The notes under the pieces were generated by a model that saw only the letters and a list, made by a program, of their open reading frames with translations, had not been told where the DNA came from and ran no database searches. The position numbers were made by a program, and so were the translations under genes. Positions 8,577 through 17,522 of a stretch of 53,499 bases of DNA are shown piece after piece. Numbering within the stretch: position 1 is the first letter of the stretch; the number at the start of each line of letters is the position of its first letter. This DNA is from a virus (taxonomy: Duplodnaviria; Heunggongvirae; Uroviricota; Caudoviricetes): positions 1 through 53,499 of the IMG/VR virus record IMGVR_UViG_3300042691_036629; one strand, written 5' to 3'.

Positions 8577-10145
8577 ATGTCACAAAAAATTTACATTTCT
8601 CCTGAGTTAAAAGAAGTTTTACTTGAAATTCAAGATTCAGTTGTTGCTAAACTTTTATTACAAGATGATCACTCTGATGAAGAATTGGCTACTGATTATG
8701 TAAACTTTATTTCTATTTCAAAGAAAGATGTAACTAAGATCTCTTATTTACCAAAAGAAAGATCTGAGGGTTTAACATTAGATGAATGTTGGGCTACAAC
8801 AAAACGAGTTATGGCTAAACCAGGTGGTTTTGTTTCTAAAGTGTTTGTTGGTATTTCTGAAAAAGAAGTTGAGAAATTCTCAACACTTTTTAGAAGTGAG
8901 GTAACTAAACCTAAATTGAACTTTAAAGTTGTTAGTGGTGATGATATCAAAAAATACTACCATTATTCAACTTACTGTGAGAAAAATGGTGGATCATTAC
9001 ACGCTTCTTGTATGAAGTATGATGGTTGTCAAAGATATTTAGATATCTATTCAAGAAATCCAGAGATTTGTAAAATGGTTGTTCTTTATGACAACGATGA
9101 TACAAGACGAATTGTTGGTAGAGCACTTCTTTGGGAGTTAGATGGTTATAAAATCATGGATCGTATTTATACAATTAGTGATGAAACTTACCAATTCTAT
9201 TTTAAACAATGGGCTACTAAAAATGATTACTTGTTTAAATCAGAACAAAACTGGTTTAATACCAAAAAGTTCGAGAATTTAAATGGTGTTAAGGTTAACT
9301 TAGACTTAACTGTTAAGTTACCAGGAGTTAATAACTTAGATTATACTCCATATATGGATACCTTTAAGTTTTTAGATTATGATGGTAACCTACATAACGC
9401 TCAACCTAAAGGTAGAGACTACTATACTTTAACTACAACAGATGGTAGAAAACACGGTTATGATTACCTTGTAACTGATGTCTTAGATGATGTTTTGAGA
9501 TATAGACACGACGCTTGTTACCTAAGATATTTAGAGGCTTGGACTTCACCAAACAACTGTAAATATTCTAACATTTTAGATACTTATATCTTGGATAGAG
9601 ATTGTGTTTATAATGATGAATTAAGAGACTATATCTTTAATGATGAGCACAAATCTCATAACAATGATGAAAGAATTAACTCTCAGTTAGAATATATCAG
9701 AGAAGAAAAAAGACAACGTGAAGAACGTGATGCTCGAAGAAGAGAAGAAAGACGATTGAGAGATGAACGCGAGGCTCAAGAAAGAGCTGAACGTGAAGCC
9801 AGAAGACAACAAATGATGAGTGAAGCTCAAGGTGACCAAGTTGAAGATATTCGATTATCCGATATTTATCCAAATGATTACCTTGGATTTGGTTTCGGTG
9901 GTGGTGATAGACTTGGTATGTTCGACGCTTATCGTGTTGTTATGGAAAGTATTGAGAGACTACCAGGTGACATAAACAGAGCTGAGTTTGCTCATACTGT
10001 TTTAGATAATTTCAATATGTTATCAAGAGATACTAGAACATTAGACGCATTAGAACACATTATGAACCGTTACATCAGAGGTGGTTATACTATCGAAAAC
10101 AACCGAGACCGTTACGGTTATTACTACGATAGACCAAGATACTAA
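8577..10145 (+). CDS. Large hypothetical phage protein with SCM / GRALLW / MDRIY motifs and charged coiled coil
   Basis: 522 aa; GSLHASCM...RIVGRALLW...IMDRIYT core; E/R-rich helix near aa 375-410. Confidence 0.75.
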   Translation: MSQKIYISPELKEVLLEIQDSVVAKLLLQDDHSDEELATDYVNFISISKKDVTKISYLPKERSEGLTLDECWATTKRVMAKPGGFVSKVFVGISEKEVEKFSTLFRSEVTKPKLNFKVVSGDDIKKYYHYSTYCEKNGGSLHASCMKYDGCQRYLDIYSRNPEICKMVVLYDNDDTRRIVGRALLWELDGYKIMDRIYTISDETYQFYFKQWATKNDYLFKSEQNWFNTKKFENLNGVKVNLDLTVKLPGVNNLDYTPYMDTFKFLDYDGNLHNAQPKGRDYYTLTTTDGRKHGYDYLVTDVLDDVLRYRHDACYLRYLEAWTSPNNCKYSNILDTYILDRDCVYNDELRDYIFNDEHKSHNNDERINSQLEYIREEKRQREERDARRREERRLRDEREAQERAEREARRQQMMSEAQGDQVEDIRLSDIYPNDYLGFGFGGGDRLGMFDAYRVVMESIERLPGDINRAEFAHTVLDNFNMLSRDTRTLDALEHIMNRYIRGGYTIENNRDRYGYYYDRPRY

Positions 10146-10190
10146 GATAGACCATACTAAACATTTAGATCTCTCATTTATATAAATTAA

Positions 10191-10937
10191 ATGAGAGATT
10201 TTTTTTTACAGAAATTAGAGTGCTTTAAAGATCCGGATTTTATATTTGACCCAGGTCTACACAAATATACCTATCATGGTGATGTATTTCAATCTGTTAC
10301 ACAATTCTTAGGTGAGTTTCACCTTCCATTTGACACCGAAGAGAAATCAAAAAAGAAAGCAGATGATACTGGTTTTGATCAAGAATGGATTAAAGCTGAG
10401 TGGAAAGAAACAAATAGGTATGCTAACGAAGTAGGAACTGCTACTCACGAATGGATTGAGAATTATTACAATAAGATTTGGCAACCACTTCCAGAAAATC
10501 CAGACATTATACATCGTATAAATAAATTCAATAAGATTTTTTGTAAACAACTCCACAAACTTGATGAAGTTAAGTTTGAGATAAAAGTCTTTTCTAAAAA
10601 ATGGAAAAAGGCTGGTACGATAGATGCTCTTTTCATGAAAGATGGTAAGTTATACATACTTGATTGGAAGACGAATAAGAAATTTACGGATGATGATCAT
10701 AAGGATGGTAAGTGGCAGAAGTTATTATGGCCCTTCCAGGACTTCTATAAAAATCATCATAATGAATATTCTATTCAGTTATCTATGTATGCTTGTATTT
10801 TGGAAGAGTGGGGTTTTGAGGTTGCTGGAGCTTACTTAGTTTATATCAGTCCTGGTGAGGAAGAAGCGAGGTTGATTAAATGTAAAGACATGAGAAAATA
10901 TATTAAACAATATTTTGATAGTGTTAATAAATATTAA
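10191..10937 (+). CDS. PD-(D/E)XK superfamily nuclease (RecB/Cas4-like exonuclease)
   Basis: GTATHEWIE, AGTIDAL...ILDWKT, YSIQLSMY motifs. Confidence 0.85.
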   Translation: MRDFFLQKLECFKDPDFIFDPGLHKYTYHGDVFQSVTQFLGEFHLPFDTEEKSKKKADDTGFDQEWIKAEWKETNRYANEVGTATHEWIENYYNKIWQPLPENPDIIHRINKFNKIFCKQLHKLDEVKFEIKVFSKKWKKAGTIDALFMKDGKLYILDWKTNKKFTDDDHKDGKWQKLLWPFQDFYKNHHNEYSIQLSMYACILEEWGFEVAGAYLVYISPGEEEARLIKCKDMRKYIKQYFDSVNKY

Positions 10938-10989
10938 AAGATGGTCATCCAAATAATATTAGATTAATTAATGAAATTTTATTATCTTT

Positions 10990-11979
10990 ATGAAAATAAA
11001 AAATAATATGCAATCAGAAAAAACCATACAATTCTTAAAAAAATTAAAAGAGAGTGGTAATTGGAATGATAATTATGATTACTCTGAAGTTAATTATATT
11101 TCAAACAGAGATAAAATAATTATAATTGATCAATATAATATAAAACATCTAATAACACCTTCAAATATACTTAAAGGTACTAATCTAAATATAACAAATT
11201 CATTAGATAAAAATCTATATCTGAAAAATAAATTTCAAGAAATACATAAGAATAAATATGATTACTCCAAAATTAATTACGTTAACAACGAGACTCTTGT
11301 TGAAATAATATGTCCTGAACATGGTGTTTTTGAGCAAACACCCAATACACACACTAGTGGAAGCGGTTGTCCAAAGTGTGGAATTATTAGAAATGGAGAT
11401 AGTAAAAGAAAAAATATTAATGATTTCATAAAAGAGTCAAATGTTTCTCATAACAATAAATATGATTACTCACTAGTGAAATATAAAAACTCAACAACTA
11501 AAGTTAAAATAATATGTCCGGAACATGGAGAATTTGAGCAAACTCCAAGTAAACATATAAATGGACAAGGTTGTGTTAGATGTTCTAAGATAAACAATAT
11601 TGAAGATTTTATAAAAAAATCAAATGATATACACCGTGGTAAATATAATTATTCACTTGTAGAATATAAAAACTCAACAACTAAAGTTAAAATAATATGT
11701 CCTGAACATGGTGAGTTTGAGCAGTCACCAAATACACATCATAATGGAGGTGGTTGTATTAAATGTTATGGTAATCAAAATACCACAATTGAAGAATTCA
11801 TTTCAAGGTCCAATAAAATACATCAAAGTAAATATAATTATTCTAAATCAGAATATAAAAATTCACACACAAAATTAACAATAATATGTCCAGAACATGG
11901 TGAGTTTGATTTGCTAGGAAATTGCCCCTCAATCACCAGCAAATCATTTAAGTGGGAAAGGATGTTATATATGCAATAA
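10990..11979 (+). CDS. Zn-ribbon repeat region (DUF723-like); 5' part of a frameshifted helicase-methyltransferase gene
   Basis: One degenerate plus four YxYSxxxY...ICPEHGxFxQxPxxHxxGxGCxxC repeats; the last repeat is completed only in the +1 frame from 11930. Confidence 0.8.
   Translation: MKIKNNMQSEKTIQFLKKLKESGNWNDNYDYSEVNYISNRDKIIIIDQYNIKHLITPSNILKGTNLNITNSLDKNLYLKNKFQEIHKNKYDYSKINYVNNETLVEIICPEHGVFEQTPNTHTSGSGCPKCGIIRNGDSKRKNINDFIKESNVSHNNKYDYSLVKYKNSTTKVKIICPEHGEFEQTPSKHINGQGCVRCSKINNIEDFIKKSNDIHRGKYNYSLVEYKNSTTKVKIICPEHGEFEQSPNTHHNGGGCIKCYGNQNTTIEEFISRSNKIHQSKYNYSKSEYKNSHTKLTIICPEHGEFDLLGNCPSITSKSFKWERMLYMQ
11480..11702 (+). repeat. 40-bp identical direct repeat, 183-bp period, inside the Zn-ribbon repeats
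   Basis: aatataaaaactcaacaactaaagttaaaataatatgtcc at 11480-11519 and 11663-11702. Confidence 0.85.
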
Positions 11980-12043
11980 GGGATATACTAATAAATTAAA
12001 ATTAAATTTATTAAATACGTTAAGTGAGTCAGATCTATTATCA

Positions 12044-14560
12044 ATGGAACCATTTGAATTATTTATTATTATTGGTCAAGGTAAACTACCAGATGATTTT
12101 AAATCAATTGCAAATACCGATGCTAACTCGGAAGAAAGACTTCTATCCATAAAAGAATTGAAAATGGAACTTGAAAGAGAAATTGAATTAGAAGATAATA
12201 ACCTAGTGGAAGTTGTAAATGAAAAATCTACAAATGATAATAATTCTCTTTTAACAAATGAAATCAATCAAATCGATGATATTGATGATGATATAATGAA
12301 TTCTAAAAATGAAGATAAAAAATTACCATCAATGGTTGGTATGAATGATTTTCACACACTAGATAATGATTACTATGCAAGAATGGATGAAGAAGCATTC
12401 AACTCATTAATTAATTTTAAAACTCAAAGAATGTGGAATGGAGTTTTGAATAAAATTTTAAATGTTGATGATATTAAAAATGAGAGTGGTGGGAAATATT
12501 TTACTATAATAAAAAATAACTTTATAAATGAGTATAATGATGTTATTAAAATTAAAGTACCCAATGATTATAAAAATCACACACCCAATTTAATGCAAAA
12601 ATTAACAATTCATAGACTATTAACATCAGATTCAAAATCTTTACTAAATCTATCCGGTACAGGAGCTGGTAAAACAATAGCTATGATTTTAGCTAGTAGA
12701 ATTATAAATTCTAAAATAAGTATTATAATTGCATTAAACTCAACAGTTGAACAAATATCAAATGAGATAGTAAAATCTTTTCCTAATAGTTTAGTATTTA
12801 CTGAACATGAGATCGGACGAGTTTATGATGTTAATGAACATAATTATTTAGTTTTAAATTATGAAAAATTTCAACAATCATATTCAGAAGAAGTTTATCA
12901 AGATTTGACAAATAAAAATATTATAGACTTTGTTGGTATTGATGAATTACAGAATGTTAAACAAAGAGGTGAAGATGAATCAGTAAGAAGAGGCGTTTTG
13001 AAGAAATTAATTGGTCGTGTTAGAGATAAAAATAAAAACTCATACATTTTAGGTATGTCAGCAACACCAGTTATAAATAATTTGAGTGAAGCTAAGTCTC
13101 TATTGGAGATTGTTACTTTAAAAGATTATAGTGACTTAAATACACATAAAAGTATATCAAATGCACTTAGAGTATATCAACAATTTTTATTAAATGGAAT
13201 TAGATATCTACCACAGTATGAGATTGAATTAGATAAAAAGTATATCGAAATTGATGGTTCTGACTTAATCGATGATATATTAAAACTACCAAAGAATGAT
13301 TTTATCTCGTTAGAAAAATTACTCTTACCAAAGAAATTAGAATCCGTTAGAGAATTTCTAAAAAAAGGAGTATGTATTTATACATACTATGTTGACGGAT
13401 TTAAGAACGAAATATATGATTTTGTGACAAAAAATGGATTTACTTGTGTTTGTTGCACTGGTGAAGAAAATGGAATTATAAATATAGATGGTGTTGAAAT
13501 GTCTATAAGAGAGTATAACTTAAAAAAGTTTATAAAAGGTGAAGTTGATATTATTATTGGTTCAAAACCAATAACAACCGGTGTTGATGGATTGCAAAAT
13601 GTTTGCAATACCTTGATAGAAATCACACAACCTTGGACAAACTCAGATGAAAAACAGTTACATGGTAGATTTATTAGACAAGGATCATCTTTTGATAAGG
13701 TAACTGTTATAATACCACAAGTTAAAATTGATATAGATGATAAAGTTTGGTCATGGGATAAACAGAGAACAAATTTAATAGAAAATAAAAGAACTTTAGC
13801 TGATTTAGCAGTTGATGGTAAAATACCTTCAAAAATATTACCAAGTAGAGAAACTATGTTCAATAAGTCTATTGAATCATTACAATCATGGAAAGACAGA
13901 GTTAACAAAGGTGATATAATTAATGGTGATAGAAGAAACATAAATATTAATTTATATCCAGAATTGGATGAAGAGAAAAGATTAATAAAAATTGAATCAG
14001 AATTATCTGAATTTAATAGAAGAGGGAAAATAACTCGTTCATCTACAATGAATAAAGAATTCAACAACAATCCAGATTCTTGGTTTAGATATCATTCTCT
14101 TAGAAGAGAAAGTATGAAAGATTGGACTGAGATACCATATGAGTATATTGCTACTAAAATTAAAAACAAAAATCATCGTGTTGTTGATTTTGGATGTGGT
14201 GAAAATTTATTCAAAAATTTTATACCAAATAATGAGGTAATATCATTTGATCATATAGCAATAGATGATAATGTTATTGCATGTGATATGAGTGATGTTA
14301 GTGAATATTTGAGTGATGAAAGTGTTGATGTTTGTGTTTTTAGTTTATCACTATGGGGTACAAATTATAAAGATTATATTAAAGAAGCTTATCGTGTTTT
14401 AAACTGGAATGGTAATATTTATATAGCAGAACCATCTAAAAATTATGAAACACAAGAGGATGAAAAGGAATTAATAGACTTAATAAAAGAATTTGGATTT
14501 GAAATTGTTGGTGGTATCGAAAAGAGAAGTAAGTTTATTTACATAAGAGGTATAAAATAA
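12044..14560 (+). CDS. SF2 helicase fused to an Rrp8/nucleomethylin-like SAM methyltransferase
   Basis: Walker A SGTGAGKT, motif II IDELQ, motif III SATP, motif VI QLHGRFIRQG; C-terminal NPDSWFRYH..., VVDFGCGE, SFDH, IACDM, DESVDVCVFSLSLWGTNY, EAYRVL...IYIAE. Frame is open back to 11930. Confidence 0.85.
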   Translation: MEPFELFIIIGQGKLPDDFKSIANTDANSEERLLSIKELKMELEREIELEDNNLVEVVNEKSTNDNNSLLTNEINQIDDIDDDIMNSKNEDKKLPSMVGMNDFHTLDNDYYARMDEEAFNSLINFKTQRMWNGVLNKILNVDDIKNESGGKYFTIIKNNFINEYNDVIKIKVPNDYKNHTPNLMQKLTIHRLLTSDSKSLLNLSGTGAGKTIAMILASRIINSKISIIIALNSTVEQISNEIVKSFPNSLVFTEHEIGRVYDVNEHNYLVLNYEKFQQSYSEEVYQDLTNKNIIDFVGIDELQNVKQRGEDESVRRGVLKKLIGRVRDKNKNSYILGMSATPVINNLSEAKSLLEIVTLKDYSDLNTHKSISNALRVYQQFLLNGIRYLPQYEIELDKKYIEIDGSDLIDDILKLPKNDFISLEKLLLPKKLESVREFLKKGVCIYTYYVDGFKNEIYDFVTKNGFTCVCCTGEENGIINIDGVEMSIREYNLKKFIKGEVDIIIGSKPITTGVDGLQNVCNTLIEITQPWTNSDEKQLHGRFIRQGSSFDKVTVIIPQVKIDIDDKVWSWDKQRTNLIENKRTLADLAVDGKIPSKILPSRETMFNKSIESLQSWKDRVNKGDIINGDRRNININLYPELDEEKRLIKIESELSEFNRRGKITRSSTMNKEFNNNPDSWFRYHSLRRESMKDWTEIPYEYIATKIKNKNHRVVDFGCGENLFKNFIPNNEVISFDHIAIDDNVIACDMSDVSEYLSDESVDVCVFSLSLWGTNYKDYIKEAYRVLNWNGNIYIAEPSKNYETQEDEKELIDLIKEFGFEIVGGIEKRSKFIYIRGIK

Positions 14561-14566
14561 AAAATT

Positions 14567-15286
14567 ATGAAAAAACAATATGTTTACATTGGTCAGTTCT
14601 ACCATATAAAAAATAAAGAACTACCACTTGATTATAAGTTTGGAGTTACTGATGATCTAGAACAAAGAGAATATTCGTTAGGTCGTACAAAATCACCTAT
14701 AAAGTATATGATTTTAAAAGCTTGGGAATTACCATTAAACGTCAAAAGAGAAAAGGTTGAAAAGATGATTGCCTTAATTTTTGATGAAAATAAGTATGAT
14801 GGTTGTGAGTGGTATGATGTTGATGGTGAAACTTTTCAAGGTAAAATAAAGGAGTTATTTGAAATAATATCAGATATGATTGATGACCTCAATTTCACTT
14901 TTGTTGAAGTAGATTTAGATAAAAATAGTGACGGTGATATTGTTGAAAAAGAAATTGAAAAAGAAATAAGAACTGGTAAAAAAGCACCTTGGACAAATTT
15001 GGAGGTTAATATAGAAGGTAACCTAATAAAACTTGATAGTGCTAAATCAACATATGGTAAATCAATTGAAGAAATTTTAAAAACTATTGATCCTGTACAG
15101 TTCTCTATTGATTTCCCAAGAATATTTAAATTGAATAAAAGTGATTATCCTGAGTATAAATGGTCTTCTCTTCTCAAAATTGGAGATTTTTATTTAGATA
15201 CATATACAAACACGGCTCAAAAGAAAAGAGATATTTGTAACGCTCTTACTAAATATAATATTAAAGGTGAAGTTCAAATTTATTAA
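14567..15286 (+). CDS. T5orf172/MUG113-type GIY-YIG nuclease-domain protein
   Basis: YVYIG...YKFGVT.DLEQR..SL..TKSP...VEKMI...EWY pattern; 6 bp after the helicase-MTase stop. Confidence 0.7.
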   Translation: MKKQYVYIGQFYHIKNKELPLDYKFGVTDDLEQREYSLGRTKSPIKYMILKAWELPLNVKREKVEKMIALIFDENKYDGCEWYDVDGETFQGKIKELFEIISDMIDDLNFTFVEVDLDKNSDGDIVEKEIEKEIRTGKKAPWTNLEVNIEGNLIKLDSAKSTYGKSIEEILKTIDPVQFSIDFPRIFKLNKSDYPEYKWSSLLKIGDFYLDTYTNTAQKKRDICNALTKYNIKGEVQIY

Positions 15287-15290
15287 AATA

Positions 15291-15319
15291 AAAAAAGAGA
15301 GACTAAGTCTCTCTTTTTT
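15291..15319. terminator. Bidirectional intrinsic terminator
   Basis: aaaaaagagagac-taa-gtctctctttttt. Confidence 0.85.
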
Positions 15320-15325
15320 AACTTC

Positions 15326-15427
15326 TTAAAATTCAGCAAATCTCCCCCAACCTATACTATAAGAAATATTTTTATCTAAAGTTCCATAAGTAGTTGTTAA
15401 ATAAGCTATATTAATGCTGGATTTAGC
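15326..15427 (-). pseudogene. Possible 3' gene remnant (...INIAYLTTTYGTLDKNISYSIGWGRFAEF*)
   Basis: 33-codon open frame without a start codon, ending just before the 15291 terminator. Confidence 0.3.
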
Positions 15428-15640
15428 TTATCAACATTAGGAACAATTTTATATGTTTCTCCGGTTATAACTAATTCTGAAATTGGTGGTAGCTCTGGTT
15501 CCATTGCTAATATATTTAGTTTTGGTTTAATTTTAGTTGGTTCGTTCTATATGGTGGAAAGTCATGTTCATGTTTATAGAGCTGGTATAATTCTAGATGA
15601 GAGAGGTGTTGGTTTATCTATACCAATAAATAAAAAATAA
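15401..15640 (+). pseudogene. Start-less 79-codon frame encoding a two-TM membrane protein C-terminus
   Basis: ISYINAGFSLSTLGTILYVSPV...IFSFGLILVGSFYMVESHVHVYRAGIILDERGVGLSIPINKK*, ending at a terminator; no ATG/GTG/TTG start for the full frame. Confidence 0.45.
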
Positions 15641-15667
15641 AAAAGAGAGTTAAAAACTCTCTTTTTT
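15639..15667. terminator. Bidirectional intrinsic terminator
   Basis: aaaaaagagagtt-aaa-aactctctttttt. Confidence 0.85.
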
Positions 15668-16155
15668 TATGCTTCTGTTGTTGTTTCTACTTTTACTGTT
15701 TCTGTTTCAACTTCAAAATAAAGTTCTTTTTCTTTAAGAACTGAAACAATATTTTCAGTGATTTCGAATTTGTCAACTAAATAAACAACTTCCATTTTAC
15801 CAATCACTAAGTCAATTCCGTTTGATTTAGAATATTCCTCAATGATTTCTGATAATTCATCAAAAGTCTTTTTATTTAAATCTTCGTGCATTTTTTTCAT
15901 CTCTACTTTAAATCTGTTATCAATTCCCATTGCTTGATCTTGTAGAGATCTAAATCTTTCTTCTTTTTCTTTTTGAGTTTTCTCGTCAATGATTAATCCA
16001 GAACTCATTTGAGAAATAATACTCTCCATTTCTTTTTTAACTGGATCTAAACTTTTAATAAATGAGTTTTTTTCCTCTTCAATTTTCTTAATACCTTCTT
16101 GATAATTCTTGTAATGTTTAGTTAGAATTTCAAAATCAACTACTCTAAATTCCAT
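15667..16155 (-). CDS. skp: Skp/OmpH-family chaperone lacking a signal peptide
   Basis: Starts at the first beta strand (FRVVDFEIL), long coiled coil, C-terminal IEEYSKSNGIDLVI...VVY...EITENIV. Confidence 0.75.
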   Translation of the reverse strand: MEFRVVDFEILTKHYKNYQEGIKKIEEEKNSFIKSLDPVKKEMESIISQMSSGLIIDEKTQKEKEERFRSLQDQAMGIDNRFKVEMKKMHEDLNKKTFDELSEIIEEYSKSNGIDLVIGKMEVVYLVDKFEITENIVSVLKEKELYFEVETETVKVETTTEA

Positions 16156-16199
16156 ATATAATAAATTTTTTATTATTATATATCAAAATACTTGTTTGT

Positions 16200-17513
16200 T
16201 TAGCTTATTAAATAGTTAACTGCGTTTCTATAACGATAGTATAAATTCATTTCTTCTGAAACATTAAAGTCAATACTCATAAACAAACTACTAACAGTAG
16301 ATCCTCTTTTAGTTGCTTTTAAGAATGTTCTTTTTTTACCAAGTTTACGTGCTAAATCTGAGTTTCTGTAATAGATATTTATATCCTCTTCGAGTTGTTT
16401 TATATCACCTAAGTAAAAATCTATTTTATATGTTTGAGTTTGTGCTGATGTTTCATCCACATTTACTGATTTAGCAGTTACTATGTAACTTGTTCCAAAC
16501 TCCGAGAAAGGATTTATAACAAGTGGTATTTTATACCCACCACCCATAAAATAACTATAAGTACCTGAATCTATTTGAGTGTAATATTCTAAATTAACAG
16601 GATTGCCATTGACATATTTAACCATTTGAAACTTTATGTCATATAAATATGGACCGGTTGCTCCAGTCACCAACGGATTATTAGTAAATTTCATAGCAAC
16701 AACATTATTATAATAACTAAATGATAAGTAAGATTGGGTAGCAGATTCTACTGGACCTGAGTAAGTCATTGAAATATATTGATAATAATCAGTTTCTCTA
16801 TCTGTTAATACATCAATCTCTTCAATTTTACCAATAAAATTATCTTTACTTAAATTGAATGAGTATGTTTCTTTAACATAAGGATCTCTTGCGTAAGTTG
16901 TTATTAAATAATCTGATCCATGATCAATTGGTATAGTTGTTTTGTATGATGATTGTGTTAAATAACTCCAAGTACCAGATGATATTGAATGGTAATCAAA
17001 GAGGTCTATTGGACTTCTAGTTCCATTTTGAGATTGCCACTCAACTCTTTTAAGATCTATATTATATGTATTTGGGTTATCTATATTTATATAAAGGTCA
17101 TTGCTATAAGTAAATGAAATCTGAGATTGTGATCCAGATAATGAATAAGTTGATGTCAATGGACCTGAAAAAGTTAATGATAAATATTTAGGATCATCTG
17201 AGTAAACATCAAATCCATTCTGATAGACATTTTTTTGTTTATAAAATATTTTTAACTTTTGTTGTAAGGGTGTTATTGTTTGAAAGCAAATTGACTCCCA
17301 AGTAGCATTTTTCATTTCATTAACAGTTCTATAATTAGATACTTCAATATGATATCTAAGTAGTAGAGTTATTTTGAAATAATTATAATCACCTTTAGCT
17401 ACTATTTCATCTACCAATTTTTTATATTCCATAAAATTATCTCTACCTCCAATTGCTAAGGCATTGATAGTTCTATATATCTTGAATATTTTATTTTTTT
17501 CGTTTTTAGTCAT
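16200..17513 (-). CDS. Hypothetical protein with internal domain duplication (possibly structural)
   Basis: 437 aa, S/T/Y-rich; two units YLSLTFSGP...SGTWSY...DYLIT and YISMTYSGP...SGTYSY...SYIVT. Confidence 0.75.
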   Translation of the reverse strand: MTKNEKNKIFKIYRTINALAIGGRDNFMEYKKLVDEIVAKGDYNYFKITLLLRYHIEVSNYRTVNEMKNATWESICFQTITPLQQKLKIFYKQKNVYQNGFDVYSDDPKYLSLTFSGPLTSTYSLSGSQSQISFTYSNDLYINIDNPNTYNIDLKRVEWQSQNGTRSPIDLFDYHSISSGTWSYLTQSSYKTTIPIDHGSDYLITTYARDPYVKETYSFNLSKDNFIGKIEEIDVLTDRETDYYQYISMTYSGPVESATQSYLSFSYYNNVVAMKFTNNPLVTGATGPYLYDIKFQMVKYVNGNPVNLEYYTQIDSGTYSYFMGGGYKIPLVINPFSEFGTSYIVTAKSVNVDETSAQTQTYKIDFYLGDIKQLEEDINIYYRNSDLARKLGKKRTFLKATKRGSTVSSLFMSIDFNVSEEMNLYYRYRNAVNYLIS

Positions 17514-17522
17514 TATAAACTA

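Noticed and set aside
10191-10937. Cas4 indicating a CRISPR-Cas locus
   Set aside because: PD-(D/E)XK core is present but there is no four-Cys Fe-S set, no cas1/cas2 and no array; an ordinary phage exonuclease is more likely.
11911-11929. 19-bp insert as a Nextera mosaic end or Illumina adapter remnant
   Set aside because: Length matches the 19-bp mosaic end but the sequence does not match CTGTCTCTTATACACATCT or AGATCGGAAGAGC on either strand.
13387-14070. 227-aa minus-strand ORF
   Set aside because: Antisense shadow of the helicase gene with S/L/I/F-rich composition and no motif.
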